A program made the translations under genes and the position numbers. Positions 12,751-26,061 of a stretch of DNA of 64,000 nucleotides are shown here, piece by piece; positions within the stretch are counted from its first letter, which is position 1, and every line of letters begins with the position of its first letter. Below the pieces are notes generated by a model. That model saw only the letters and a list, made by a program, of their open reading frames with translations. It did no database searches and was not told where the DNA came from. This stretch comes from Callorhinchus milii (Eukaryota): the NCBI RefSeq assembly GCF_018977255.1, contig NW_024704742.1:110422001-110486000 (forward strand), read 5' to 3'.

Positions 12751-14602
12751 ATGCTTTGGGCTCCATTAAACTGCTTACCTGATAGAACAGGCCCAAAAAG
12801 GGCAGGCACATTTGAATGTCAGCAAAGGCTGGGATTCCGACTCTTGGCAGAAAGTCCAATGGTCTAACATCAGTACTGCTGCTTGCTTTGAATTTTCCTT
12901 CCAATATACACCTACTCAGACATAGCACAGTGTTTGTAGATCAAACACTATTGACAAGTTAAAAAGTGGAAAAGATGGCCAATTATAATATTTGTGAGGA
13001 TTTCTTTTTTGTAGAAAGGATGAACATCCCTCAAAATATTGCTGCAATATTAAGTAATTAATATTCTTTTATACGCTTGGGAACTGAAGGAAACAATTTG
13101 AAGAAATCCATAGGCCTCGCTTTCTTAAAGATACTTATCAAATCCAAAGATTTAGCTCCATCTGAAATGACAAATTATGGTGTGGTTTTACAAAACTATA
13201 AGCAAACACACTTGTGGTCCAGATCATCTCCGTACCCTCTCCTTATTTTTCATTCAGGTAATGGGTCATCAATGGGTACCAGTTAATAGAATCTGAAACA
13301 AATTCTGAGCTTCTCACTTGTAAAAATCAGTGAATGGATTATTTTTTTTCCCTTGAAGGATTTGTGACTTTACGACAGTTTGTACATTTTGTTAAATACT
13401 CAAGTAGCACACACAGAAAAAATCCCCTATAATCCTACTCTTCACCTTGAATAACTTCCAAAGGGGCTTAATAATAATACTCCACATCCTGATGTAAGAG
13501 AGGAAAACTTCTCAATTCCACTCATGATTTGCTAACTCCTTCTGAAAAACAGTAATAAATTGGCTCTCAACTATTCTTGACCCTTTGACTTTTCAACCAC
13601 TGCTTCCCAACCACTAACTTTTGCTCATTTAAGCCAGAAGCTATACGATCACTCTGATCTTCTCCCAGTGGGGACAGGTTTAACTCCTCTCAATGGTTTA
13701 GCTCCCCCTCTAGTGTTCAGTGCTCTTCACATGATTCCACTGGATAGGTTTCTTGGCCTGTGAGACGCCACTTTTCAACTCTCAAAGGAGCTTTCAGCTC
13801 ACTGCTGTGACTTCAAAATACAAAATGCACTTTTGTCAAATTAAATGTATCACACCTTGTCTTATCCCCAGAGGGCTTAAATGGCAGTGCCTTAACAGTG
13901 ATTACAAAGACAAATATTAAAATTTATCGACTAAGACAACTACTTTTCCAAGTAAGCTAACCAGATGATGAACACCCAAACCATGTTGCTTCATTTTACA
14001 ATAATCATATTTGCAAGTACTGCAGAATCTCTCATGTACAACAAACAAGGCAAAATGCTTTCTTCTATGTGGACGAACAAACATGCAAAAACTCACATAT
14101 GCTTTCCAAAAGTAGTTTGCTATCAGAGTATGTTATCCTCTTTTTTTTAATCAACTTTTGTGAGTTTCAGCTCCAAAACGTAGTCAAATCAGATATCTAA
14201 TCTTGTCCTGTGGGCATTTTCAGAGTTCGGGGGAAAAAGTCACTTAAATTTTTAACCCTTCACACCCCAACAATTTCTGATGCAAATACCTTTAAAGATA
14301 GATGGATCATAAGAAAGACGCTGATAGAATTGGCACCCTCTTCTACTATTAGAACATTCCTGCTGCTCTCTTGCTCACATTGCATTTTCATTAAAATTTG
14401 ACTTCATCATATAGTAAACCTCAATTTGGTACAATGTTACTCATTTGGAATGCGCAAAGTAATAGATATGTGTTAGTTTAACTAAAGCATAGATTAATTA
14501 AACAGTGAAGCAAGGAAACACAATTAAAAGATAGAGTAGACCAAATAATAATTTGCATTCATACTTAAATCCTTCTGACATGCAGCTAATGGGAGCACAA
14601 GA

Positions 14603-14678
14603 CAGGAATTTCCTTAACAAGGAAATTCCTGATGATTTAAGTCCATCAATGACTTAAACAAGTTAAGTCATCGATGGA
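14603..14678. repeat. Two adjacent inverted repeats (13 bp perfect arms; 16 bp arms with 1 mismatch)
   Basis: CAGGAATTTCCTT-aac-AAGGAAATTCCTG and TCCATCAATGACTTAA-acaag-TTAAGTCATCGATGGA. Confidence 0.9.
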
Positions 14679-15096
14679 GATAAAGTGCTCTCTTTAGACT
14701 AGAGTGGCAATTCGGCTTAACATTCAAATAAACATGGCCAGTTAAGTAATGATTATTGCTCCTCATACATTTCTCATGATAAGAGGTGGAAAATAATGTT
14801 AAAAGTTAGAGGAACAAACACCTGGTTTTCTACACGGCCTCTTGACAATGGCCCTCTACAGCCCCGAAATACTATGTAGTCTTAGTCTGTAAGACTATTT
14901 TGTTTTAAAATTTTAGATTGTGCAGAATTGTGAAACATTCTTACTTTCAGTCTAAATTTGAAAACTGGTTATTTTTAGGTACTTCAAGTATTGACTCGGA
15001 ATTGAAGAAGTGTACACAAGGGTCCTCTGCTCTGTGCATCCACTGATCAGCATAAGGAGATGTGAAGGAAATCTCAGGTGTTAAGCGAGACCTTAC

Positions 15097-15355
15097 CAGT
15101 TAAAGAGAAGTGTGTAGGAACATAATGTCTCACAATATTGCACTGCAAGCAGCATGTTTAAGTATATGGACATATGAATAAGAAAAGCATGTGTATGAGC
15201 AAGGAGACATACCCAAAATAGTGCATTGAAATTGACAGCATGAACGGAGCTAGCCCTCAGCAGGACCCAATTCTATCCGTTGTTCACAGATAAATTGTTG
15301 GAAGAGATCTTACCATCCAGACTGTCAAGCTGACTGGGTATAGAGCAACGAGTCT
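15097..15355 (-). CDS. Two small exon candidates, 15314-15355 (42 nt) and 15097-15142 (46 nt)
   Basis: Both have cag acceptors and strong G|gtaag donors; each is open in more than one frame, so the reading is unresolved. Confidence 0.25.
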
Positions 15356-15957
15356 CTGGTGTATAAGAATCAGGTTATTGCTTCAATCTGTCGCATCTAA
15401 GATGCAGCCTTTTCAATATTTATGAAAGAAAGTCCTCACATGTTAATTGGTTAAAAACAGTCTCTGGAGGTTTTATTTTTAGTCCATCAAAGTACAAGAT
15501 GTTTGGATTTGGCTCCCAGATCCAAAATTAATACTGGAACTTCAGGAAAGTAAGCAATGTGTTAAATTTAAAACAAAAGGCTTTTTTTTAAGTCACAGAT
15601 TAATGAGGGAAGCCTTATTAGTTCATTAACAGACAAATTTAAATAATACAAATAGATGAGAAAGAATGGGAAGAATGATAAAAGGAGGTGGAAAAGAATG
15701 TTAAAAGTTAGAGGAACAAATACCTATTTTTCAACATGGCCCCTTTGCTATGCTAAACATTTTTATGACAATTTCAAAGTAGAATTGTTTCTGCATTACC
15801 GTATGTGAGCCGAAAGCTAAATATAAAATAGCCAACCTCAGACATTGAAATCTCTGCCAGCAGTTCATTGGTTAAAACATACGAGTCACAAAACAGTAAT
15901 TTGTTTGAATTGGAATATAAACATTGTTGAGAATATTTTCAGTTTTCATTACTGAAC

Positions 15958-16170
15958 AATAACAATTCTCGCATTTGGTATAGCTCCTTTCATGTAGATA
16001 CACGTCTCAAAATGCTTCATAGGATTTTTCTGTAGGGTGTAGTAACTGTGAATTTGTCAGCACACCACCAGCACTGAATTGGCGTGTCAAACCTGAACTG
16101 TGAATTTAAAATGCCGATGTGGGTCTTGAATCAATCAAATTTCTGACTCAGAGGTGGGAGTGCTCACTGA
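15958..16170 (-). mobile_element. Old Deu-domain SINE remnant
   Basis: TTCTGACTCAGAGGTGGGAGTGCT is the reverse complement of the SacSINE-like head seen at 26080. Confidence 0.55.
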
Positions 16171-16952
16171 TACATGATCTGGGTTTCAGTTGGTTTTAAA
16201 TCAATAAGAGTTGACATGAATTTTTAATAAAAACTCAAATATTCTGCAAATGTAATTTTTCAGACTTTAATAGTTCCCAGGATGATAATGTTTTCAACAT
16301 TGTCCAACAAATCTTAAACAAAGCAGAACCTCATAATTTTATTCATAGTGATGCAGGTAATTTCCAAAATAGTCAAATGATGCTCACGTCACATCAGATA
16401 AGTCAAGATAAGTGCAATGGGATCTTTAGCATCCTCCTGAACAGGCAGGCGGGACCTATATATAAATTGATTTCCCTCTTGGAAACAATGAATTATAAAG
16501 TGAATTAAACATTTAAACACAGTATGTGTGTGTAATGAAGATTTCCTGAGTTTGAATTCAGATCGGAAAGACATTATATCTACACCACCCAATGAATTTA
16601 AAGTGATAAGACAGGTGAGGGGAATGGGGCAAAATTCTGTGAGGCAAATGTTGAAAGAGTTATCGCTTTTTTTAATACTGCTTCATTTCAGCTTAAATAT
16701 TTGAAGCGGCTTAAATCTTCACTAGAACTGGCCAGCAAATGGGAATTGGCTTAGCCAGTCATAGCCTGGCATGTGAGGTGCTCTCCGATAGCCTAGTTAA
16801 GAGATTAATGAGGTACCATTATTGTGAATCTGCGTGAGGGGAAGGAGATACTCAAAGCTAGAGGACAGATAATAATTTTAAAATATCTCTTGCATTTGTT
16901 ATAATGATTTTCACCTCTGGAGGATGTCTCAAAGTGATTTACTATAAACGTT

Positions 16953-17068
16953 TATAATAATAATAATCCTTGCATTTTGATATAGCGCTTTTCACGTCTT
17001 CTCGATGTCTCAAAGCGCTTCACAGAATAGACTGTAAAGTGAATTGACCATATATTTGTGGGCAAAAG
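16953..17068 (-). mobile_element. SINE 3' tail
   Basis: Reverse complement of the shared tail. Confidence 0.85.
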
Positions 17069-17339
17069 TGTGTGACTGTAGCCTAACAAGTTAAAACCGC
17101 ATAGCTTGCCATTAATTTCACTATCTGGCAAACTTTCCCACTGATTGTCCAGCTAGGATCACCCTACCTGTTAAGGCTTTGGGGTGCAGGGTTAACAGTG
17201 GGATGAAACTATATTCTTTTCAAAACAAATTCCCTGTCCTTGTTGCTTCTGGTCTGCCCTTCCAAGTCCTGCCAATGAGTTAGGCTGACTGTGCTGTCCA
17301 GCATTACCCTGGAGTACTACGGACGTGCCTGGATCAGGA

Positions 17340-17480
17340 TCAGACTACCGAGACAGAGGGCAACATTCCGTTGCCAAGAATGTCACCTTGGAGCCAATTC
17401 AGCTTAAATCTCCCCAACTCCAGGAGAATTAACAAGAATGAAAGAGTAAACAATGCCATCAAAACCAATGTATCCCACGT
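17340..17480 (-). CDS. Candidate exon encoding a transmembrane helix: TWDTLVLMALFTLSFLLILLELGRFKLNWLQ(GDILGNGMLPSVSVV*)
   Basis: Strong acceptor ttttttctctgtgtgatgcag; entered in phase 0, matching the upstream exon; hydrophobic stretch followed by basic residues; ends either at the stop (17340) or at donor CAAG|gtgaca (17387). Confidence 0.45.
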   Translation of the reverse strand, partial: TWDTLVLMALFTLSFLLILLELGRFKLNWLQGDILGNGMLPSVSVV

Positions 17481-17710
17481 CTGCATCACACAGAGAAAAA
17501 ACAACAGAGCACATGTTAACCAAATATACAGAGATATAAAAATGCCCCAATAAATGACCACAAGCATTTTAAAAATTAAATAATGGCAAAGTTATGACAA
17601 TCACTGATAACATCAGTCCAAAAGGAAAAGTTTTATACTGCAGCATATCCTTTCAATTAGACCACCTTACTCTTCTGTCAGAAAATACGACAAAATACTT
17701 TGTTGCAAAC

Positions 17711-17799
17711 TTTAAGGTTTTGTATTTTCTTAAGTCCAGTAACTTCCTTTTCAATCGTAGTCACAGCTGTCATATATTTCTTCTCCTGGTATCTCTCTC
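17711..17799 (-). CDS. Candidate exon (G)ERYQEKKYMTAVTTIEKEVTGLKKIQNLK
   Basis: Acceptor tactcttcag; only the phase-1 frame is open; phase-0 donors at 17710 (gtttgc) or 17698 (gtattt); phase matches both neighbours. Confidence 0.5.
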
Positions 17800-18454
17800 C
17801 TGAAGAGTACGTGTGAAGTACGTGTGGGGTATGCACTAATTTTTGTGGAATGAGTATCTAGGCGGAGGAAGATCTTGTAAGATCTAATGTGTTCACCTAA
17901 CAAAATACACAGCCACTTTACAGTTGTCTCCTGTGAAATGCTTTGAAATGTTCTCCCTATATTAAATTTAAAGATTATTATTAGTAGTTGTATGAAATAT
18001 CTGGTCTAGAACTGAGGTTTATCTAAGACAGATATCGCTGAAGGCGATATTTGTAAAATAGTAACAAATGTTTTACTTTAAGGGACATTCTTCCCTTCCT
18101 ACCTGCTATACATTGCATCATGTTAGTCCATTCTATGTTTACGCCAAGATATACCAACCTTAAATCAGTGTTTGTCTTAAAATGGTCAAAAACAATGGAA
18201 TTTGCCGAGTAAATAAACTGTGCTATGAATCTCAACTGTTAATGAGGTCCAATGAAGCTTTTTATGGTGGTAGCATCGATTTCTTTTTTGCTAGAATTTT
18301 AAGTCAGGTTGTATTGTTTTACTTGCCAAATTCCATCATTAACTCATCAAATATTAAGATGGATTTGGGCTCATTCACTGACCTACAGTCCTCCATGTCA
18401 TAAATTCATGAAATCTAATTTGTGGTATTTCTTAACAGGATTCCATATTTAGTG

Positions 18455-18700
18455 TTCTGACATCAACCAGCTGCCCTGGCAACCTGTTTCAGCCATTGAT
18501 TACCATCTGCGTAATGAAAAACTTCCTGGTAGCTGTCCTGAAGTTTGTAATGCTGAACCTAAATCCTTCTGCTGTCTTGTTGGATCCGAGTGTATTGATT
18601 TGGGTTTACTTTTTAAACCCAATTAAAATTTTATACACTTCTGTAGGGTCCCCTCTGAGTTGTCTTCTCTCAGGCTATATCCTTCTGGAGCAGGTTATTG
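18455..18700 (-). mobile_element. CR1 LINE 3' fragment
   Basis: CCTGTTTCAGCCATTGATTACCATCTGCGTAATGAAAAACTTCCT...TCCCCTCTGAGTTGTCTTCTCTC is typical reverse-complement CR1 ORF2 end. Confidence 0.65.
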
Positions 18701-19554
18701 AATTCTAATAGGATCCCAATGTCTTTGAAAAGCCTTTGAGACATTCCCCTATAGAAAGCCAGACATGGAGGGTGCTGTATGGTTGGTTGCTGGTACATTG
18801 AGGAATCCTGTTAAGAAATATTGCGAATTAGATTCCTCTATTTCTAGCCTGTCTGGTGTAGAGGAAGAAGAATCAATGGATTGATGGAAACTTAGAGGAA
18901 AAGTCAGTCTCTGCCAATTTTGTAATAGTGACGAACACAGTGAGTTGCCTATTAGCCAAAGAATGCTGTGTGGGGGAAGTTAAAGGGAGCGAAAATGATT
19001 TATTCTTCCTGCCTGTCATTTGATAAACAATGTTTGAATTTCTCTGTAAAATCAGGCAGAAAAATGTGAAAATCCATCCAAATTCGTAAATAAGTCAGAT
19101 TTCCAGTAAGTAACACCTTGCTCTGCTTCCACTGCAATGTGCACTGCTATGGCATAATTGCAGCCTGGCTCAGTCTAGAGGCTGGAGCTCTACTGAGGAA
19201 ATGCAACAGCCTTCACAGATAAAATGCAGTGTTAACTCTTTGTGAGCTGTAAAAGTAATTTTACATACCAGTTCAAACATCAAAAACCAGCGGCATGCAT
19301 TGATTTAAAGCATTCAATATGGACCACTGCTTCTGATCATTATCTAGTGACCCAGCGATCTCCGACCCCACTGGAAGTGGCTGAATGTGTGGACATTGGG
19401 CAAAGATTGTTATGTCTGTTTATGTCCCTGTGGATCGATTAGTCTGCCAACACTGACTGTCAAGGTTCCCACATGAGTCATGACCACTTGAATGAGGTGT
19501 CATCTGCCGACTGCCACCTGCGGACCTGGACCCCAGTATAAGGATCCAAGGAGT

Positions 19555-19908
19555 GAAAGGTTAGAACACTCGCCTCGCGAACGAGAGACCTGGGTTCGAT
19601 TCCCGGCAGGGCAAAACATTGGTCAAGTTTCCTTACTCCACACACCTCTATTTACCTAGTAGTAAGTAGGAACCCAGTTGTTAGTCAATTGGCAGATCGC
19701 TTTTCCAGGAATGATAATACCTTCAAAAAAAATAATAAATTGGTCACTCAATCCACCACTATTTGTGGGACACTGCTGTGTGCAATTGGCTGCCATTTCG
19801 CCCACAAAATATGCAGTCAATTCACTTTACAGTATATTCTGTGAAGCGCTTTGAGACGGCTCGAAGATGCGACAAGACGCTGTATCAAATGCAAGGATTA
19901 TTACTATT
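19555..19908 (+). mobile_element. Near full-length tRNA-Ala SINE
   Basis: GGTTAGAACACTCGCCTCGCGAACGAGAGACCTGGGTTCGATTCCCGGCAGGGC head, then core and tail. Confidence 0.92.
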
Positions 19909-21379
19909 AGTGGAGAACTGTGAAAATTAGAGAATATAAAGTCAATATTTTACAGAATTATATTTTAGAAGGATTAAAAACCCAGTGAAAAAATCGTTGG
20001 ATGCAAAAATAAAATTACTGTTTCCTAAAGAGTTAACAACCAACTCCAGTGCATCAACTGGACTTCATCTGAAAGTAATTCCCCACTATCCTGTCACTTC
20101 TTGACAGCACTGGTAAGGTGTCAATGCTATTTCTGTTCAAATCTAAGCAGGTCTGTGGCATCCATAGTTGGGATGCTGGTTCTTTTATCAATCTGTGCAT
20201 TATTAGATGCACGACACACCAATGCAACACAGCTCCACTGAACAAAAGCAGTCGACCTTGTTTCTTCACTTATTTTCAATCCTGAAAATTGTGGGCCATT
20301 CTCACTTTGTGTATGGCAGGTCAAAGTAATGATGACTGCGTCTCACAGAAACAAATTCATTCCCAAAGTAACTATGGAAGGTAAAAATACCAGCATGAAT
20401 TAATCAGCGGGGTCACTAAGAAGGACAACATTGGGAGGAGCTATAACTAACGCTGTATAACCAGATATGCTCTCGTTGTCCTCTATGAATCTGGTTTTGC
20501 TTGTGTAACCAGGAGTAGGAGAAACAGTGCAAATATAACATATAGTGCTTCAGTTAAATTACTCTATCCTTTACACATAGAGTCTTAAAACTACTACGCA
20601 GGCTGGAGTGTGACTTATTCCAAAGAGTGTGAGTCAAAGGTATGTCTTTTGACACAAAAAACATGCCTTTGATTCACACTCTCAACCATTTTTCATACAG
20701 TTTATGAAAAAGAAAGTTTGGGTATAACTAAGGAAAGTAATGTGTACATTTTAAAAATATGTATCAATTTGAAATGTAAGAAATGAAGCAAAATCTCTCT
20801 TGAGGTTACTAAACATAGATGTTCAGCTCAGATTGATCAGGTCAAACAGAGGAGAGAAGGCAGAAGCTCTTTTAGAATAATGGAACGTTTCTTCCAAAGT
20901 CCCAGGAAAGCAAAAATATAATTTTATAATTCAGCCCGTTTTAGCTTCTAATAACTGCATTGTTACACAGTATTAGCCATAAGGTGTAGATTGGTGAATA
21001 AGCATTGAACGGGAATTTACATATGATCTGATTTAAAGCATAATTTGTTTACCAGTGAAAGATACAGTGCTTGGCTCCTATGTATAATAATTGTAGAATT
21101 GTAGTGAGCATTACTTCCAGCAGTTTATTCATCCATCTAAGTTTGAATCTTACAAGTCAGACAACAACAACTTGTTATTTGCCCTTCATGCAGGATAAGG
21201 TCTCAGGGTGCTTGGAGACACGTGTACAACCACTGAACCCAAGCTAGCCAGATAACTGGGAGCTCAATGAAACATCTACGTCGTCATGGAATGCCAAATC
21301 GTTGCATGTTATAATCTTGTTATAGCTTCTCACTGATTCCCTCAAAAACACCCTCTTATCCTCAGACCTTCTCTCCCTC

Positions 21380-21655
21380 TAGCCTTCTACCTGCAGCAAT
21401 CCCAATGTAGCAACCAAGCTGCTTAACAATTGTCTCGCTTCAACTTTCAATTCCCTTATTCCCCTGAAATCCAGGGCTGTCTCCAAACCCATCTGCTCCC
21501 CCAGTATAACAGTCACCTTCGCTCCCTTAAATCCCAAACCCATCTGCTCCCCCAGTATAACAGTCAGTATAACAGTCACTCCCTTAAATCCCAAACCCAG
21601 ATGCTCGAGCGCAAAAGGCACAAAACTGGCTTCACCGTTCACCGCCAGATGTGAC
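21380..21655 (+). mobile_element. L2 ORF2 internal fragment with a roughly 51 bp tandem duplication
   Basis: HLRSLKSQ...LERKRHKTGFTVHRQM resembles the L2 linker region; CCAAACCCATCTGCTCCCCCAGTATAACAGTCA occurs twice (about 21483 and 21534). Confidence 0.65.
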
Positions 21656-21684
21656 TCAGAGAATCTTCATACTTACTATCTCAT

Positions 21685-21781
21685 GTGGAGTAAGGAAACT
21701 TGCCCAAGGTTTCGTCCTGCCAGAATGGAACCCAGGTCTCTCGCTTGTGAGGCGAGTGCTCTAACCACTGAGCTACAGGAC
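21685..21781 (-). mobile_element. SINE head only
   Basis: Reverse complement of TCCTGTAGCTCAGTGGTTAGAGCACTCGCC...CCTTGGGCAAGTTTCCTTACTCCACA. Confidence 0.9.
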
Positions 21782-22789
21782 TTACTTGTAAAACAAGTTC
21801 TCAATTCAAGACTATCAGTTAGATTGATTTTAAATGAATCCTGGCAAAGCATAGAGTGGGTAAGCTGAGCATCAAAGCCTAAAGGAGTACAAATTGCCTG
21901 TTTTAATTACCACTTGGGTATAATCTCCATACAGGCCAGTTTCAGGTAGGCATAGAAAAATGATGTTAAAACAAACCAAAAATTTCTTATTTGCTCCTGA
22001 AAGAGCCCTGTGCTGCGGTTCTAATGTAGACAAGTCATTTTGTACAAGCCACTAAACCCGCAGGGAGCAGAGGCCTGTATCGTAGGCTGTTCAATTCAAA
22101 GATCTATGGCAATCAGTCGCACAATAGAGCCCCTCATTTTATGCTGCTACATCATAAAAGTGCTCCTTTTGTTACATTTCCATCCTTAAAAGGGTCTTAA
22201 TCCTTTTCTTTTCAGCTCAGTCTATGGTAAATTCCTCAGGGACATCCCATTCGCTGCAAGGACTAAAGTGACCCACTCAGAAAGCAGCATGTGAAGCTTT
22301 GAGCCTTTCTTTCTTCGCCACTCTTCTAAGAACATTAAACCGTACTTTTCATTCCCCTCACCATAGGGGTAACCCCCTTAATGATGCCAGAGAGAAAAAA
22401 TTCCTTCACACTTTCCTATGATACCATTCTGCTGTCAAGCAGGCATTTCCCTGGTTAGAAAATCAAACATGGCTTCCAGCAGGTGGATAGTGCTGAAGGT
22501 TAGATTCTGCAAGCAGTTTGAAACCAGATCAGACGAAATTTGTCTTCCCACAGCAAATTCAATCTGCTGCAAAAAAAAACTTAGTATGTTACTTTCTAAA
22601 TGATTATTTTACTCTATTTAAAATCCATAACACTTGCTGTCAGCCACACTTGCTTTTGATGATGAGGATATAAAACATGAAGGGAAAAACACCAAACTCT
22701 TTTCAAGAGAAAATGTTTTTTTTAATTCATCAAAATTTATATTCCTCTGGTGGGTCTAGAAAATGATGTAATTCAAATTTAATATATAC

Positions 22790-22850
22790 CGAAGGGAATT
22801 TTCTTTCTGTGACCCACTTTACTGGAACTCGTCTCTTGTATAGTTTTATT
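22790..22850 (-). CDS. Candidate exon NKTIQETSSSKVGHRKKIPF(G)
   Basis: Strong acceptor cctgttctttttcag, donor G|gtatat; 61 nt, phase 0 in and 1 out, linking the 28064 and 17799 exons in frame. Confidence 0.5.
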
Positions 22851-23269
22851 CTGAAAAAGAACAGGCTGGAATATCCAGAAGACTCCAGTGATAGAGGCCT
22901 GGATGCTCATTTTGAATACATGGTTCTGAATCTCAGCTTCAGCAGTGCTCAAATTATTCAGTTGTCCCACTGAAACGTATTGGATCTCACCTACACCCCC
23001 ATGCTAGTATCTCCAGTGGTTTCACATTATGCCATAGGAGATGCAATGCAGCAGTTATAGACCAATGGCTCACCTGAAGCACTCATCCGATTGACTGATT
23101 CAAAGTGATAGCAATGGTGGAGCCCAAATGACCACAGCTAAAAATGGGGCAGAAAACTCTCTCCCTCCCTGCATCCCTCATAACTTTAGCAGTATGTATT
23201 AGAATGGTCAAGTGTATTAGTTAGTTATTTACTCGTTAATTTACTATCTACATCAATTGATGTTCTGTT

Positions 23270-23945
23270 GTGTTCCTAAGCACTGGCCTGCGCGGATGCT
23301 CACTTCATCTCATGGAGCTGGTGCGGAACCTCAGTGTCTTGTTTGACCTCCAAATTTCCTTCAAAACCCTACATCTGGGCTCTCACTCACTTGGCTTTCC
23401 CTCACCTCCACAACACACCTGTTATACTGGACTGTTGAGATGCTCATCTACATCCATCATCTCCGATTAATCAGTGGGGCCAAGCAAGGTATTGGAGTAC
23501 TCATTCCCATCACCTCCATCCTCGCTTGGCCCCACTGATTCCCCATCTCCTAACTCACTGAATTCAAGATTCTTGTCCTCACTGTCAAATGCCTCCATGG
23601 CTTGCCTTACCATAACTCTATGATACTACCCTCCTCGACTGATCCCTCCACTCAGCAAACACAATTCTATTTCACCAGAGGGCCCCACCATTCCCACCAC
23701 ATGGTCTGACCATTTCCCCCGCACTCTGGAGCTCCATTCAGGAAGACCTCTGCCTTGCCTCCCCCCCTTAAGACATCACTTCATCCATACTTTGGCCACC
23801 GTTCCCCTCCTCAGTCCACCATCACCAACAACCCCCCCACACCTAGCTCAGGATCCGAGTCAGCTGTATCCCAATCAGAAATGCTCTGAGCTGCTCTCCT
23901 ATTGTAAAATGCACTATATAAAGGTAAATTCTTGTTATTGTTGCA
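23270..23945 (+). mobile_element. Old L2 3' fragment
   Basis: VRNLSVLFD motif; TGAATTCAAGATTCTTGTCCTCAC; L2 tail near 23900-23945. Confidence 0.75.
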
Positions 23946-23970
23946 ATTATTCTATTAATGATGTATTTTG

Positions 23971-24305
23971 AATCCTGCAGCTCAGTGGTTAGAGCACTCG
24001 CCTCGCATGCGAGAGACCTGGGTTCAATTCCTGGCAGGGCGAAACCTTGGGCAAGTTTCCTTACTCCACACGCCTATGTTTACCTAGTAGTAAATAGGAA
24101 CCTGGTTGTTAGTTGATTGGCGGATCGTTTGTCCAGCATTAATAATTTCTTGTTTGCAGGACACTGCTGTGTGCAATTGGCTGCCATGTTTCGCCCACAA
24201 ATATACAGTCAATTCACTTTACAGTATATTCTGTGAAATGCTTTGAGATGTCTAGAAAATGTGAAAAGCTCTACATCAAGTGAAAGGATTATTGTTATTA
24301 TTATT
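23971..24305 (+). mobile_element. Full-length tRNA-Ala SINE with a short internal deletion
   Basis: AATCCTGCAGCTCAGTGGTTAGAGCACTCGCCTCGCATGCGAGAGACCTGGGTTCAATTCC through to the TTA tail. Confidence 0.92.
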
Positions 24306-26061
24306 TTGTGGTATTAGTGTGATTCGTTAGTAAGGAATCCGAGATAACTGATGGAGACTCTATTGGGTAACTGGATGCATGTCACATCCACCACTCCGAC
24401 ACAAACTGGGTCCAGAGTGGAGCTCCCGTGGGTTGGCAGGAATCCTAACAGGATTCTTTTTTAGGAATACTATTAAGAAACACTGAATATTAGACCTCCT
24501 TTGTTGAATTGCCACTTACAGTATTAAACAATCATTAATTGATTTAAGAAAAGCTTTGTACAGTGAATTCTGGTTCTAAACATAGCACAAATGATTCGCC
24601 TCACAATCATTAATAAACATTTGGAAGTGCTAACCTTTGAGGTTAAGCACTTAGTACCTGAACATAGGAATATTTGAAAGGAAATGAAGCGTGGGGCAGG
24701 GGCCAGCTCCCACATCCCTGTTCTTCCCACTGTACTCTCCAGGCATCTGGATAGCAAACTTGTGTAAAATGTAGACATCATCAGTGACCTTCACAAACTT
24801 TTTTACAAACTTCAGTTTACATTGAGCTCATTTTAACGTGCTGCATTTCCTAGACATGAACGGCTCAGAAAGTTATATTTCTAATTTTGAATGATCTATT
24901 AATGAATAACATTTCAAACATATCAGAAGCAGCTAACACCCTCTTGCCAAATGTAGCACAACCTTAACAGAGCTAAAAATGTTCTGCCACTTACACTATC
25001 CCCTTGTTAACAATTTAACAATAAAAGTTCTTTAAAATGTATTTTTAATCTCTACAACTTAATTAAAATATTTTGTGGAACAAAACTATTGTAGTTTCTG
25101 AGATTGAAGAGATTTAAATCTAATATGGTCTGAATTGCAAAGAAGTCAAACCTGAAATTATCTTCTCCTAAATTTGCGGTTGAATGCATTCTATAATCAC
25201 ACTATAGTGAGTGTGATAAAGCTGTTGGCCCTTGGACCATCTCTGATGTCCCAATGGCCATCTGCTGGCTGAGGCATTCTAACACCCTCTGACCTATGAC
25301 ATTTGTGACAAATTAGACACCAAAGTGCCAGATATGGCCTGTTAAAATGAGGCCCGAAGCCTGCCAATTCTCAGCCTTCCACTCAGTGAAGGTGTGAGGT
25401 AAATAAGAGGGAAACCGGCTGGACAGAAAACAGACATGGCAGTAAAAAGGAAATGAAATACTAATCCTTCAACCCTTGACTTTTGCGGCTTGCTGCACAG
25501 CAACGTGCTTTCAACCATGTAACTACTTTAACCTGAGGTGCTAAAGCTACTCAAGTTTGACTGAAAATATGTAAAACTTCACGCGTGGTGAACTTTGTTC
25601 TTTTATAGCTTGCAACACAGAACAATGCTTTCAACTGTTTTTTCATCATATATTTATATATTTTCAGGGAAAAAATGTTGCTGCCACATAAAAGGCTTTG
25701 AAACACAATGTGTTTGTTAAAAAATCTTTACAGTAATGGCTTCAAACACTTAATTCTTGAGTGATATCATGATACTCAAAACTGGGGCTTTGTGAAATAC
25801 AATTACTAATATGCTGAACAAAAGGTAATCTTGAACACTGAATTAAATTTTATTAGGGATGATACTACAACAAATATAATTGAGTCCACAGAAGCTTGAT
25901 CGTAATAAAGATTAGTCCTCTCAGAGTGAGGATTTGCTGTGTTTCACCACATCATATAAACTGATTAATTCAAATTCCTTGTCACCTACATAAAAATGAT
26001 TCAACCTGCATTTAAATCCCATTATTCTTGATAGCTAGGATCAAAGCAATACTGTATTCAG

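Noticed and set aside
21483-21600. Direct repeats resembling a CRISPR array
   Set aside because: Local tandem duplication within an L2 fragment; no unique spacers; eukaryotic context
23971-24040. tRNA-Ala-like genes (also near 10214, 19555, 21700, 30735 and 33600)
   Set aside because: These are SINE heads: each continues directly into the SINE core and is mutated relative to the others
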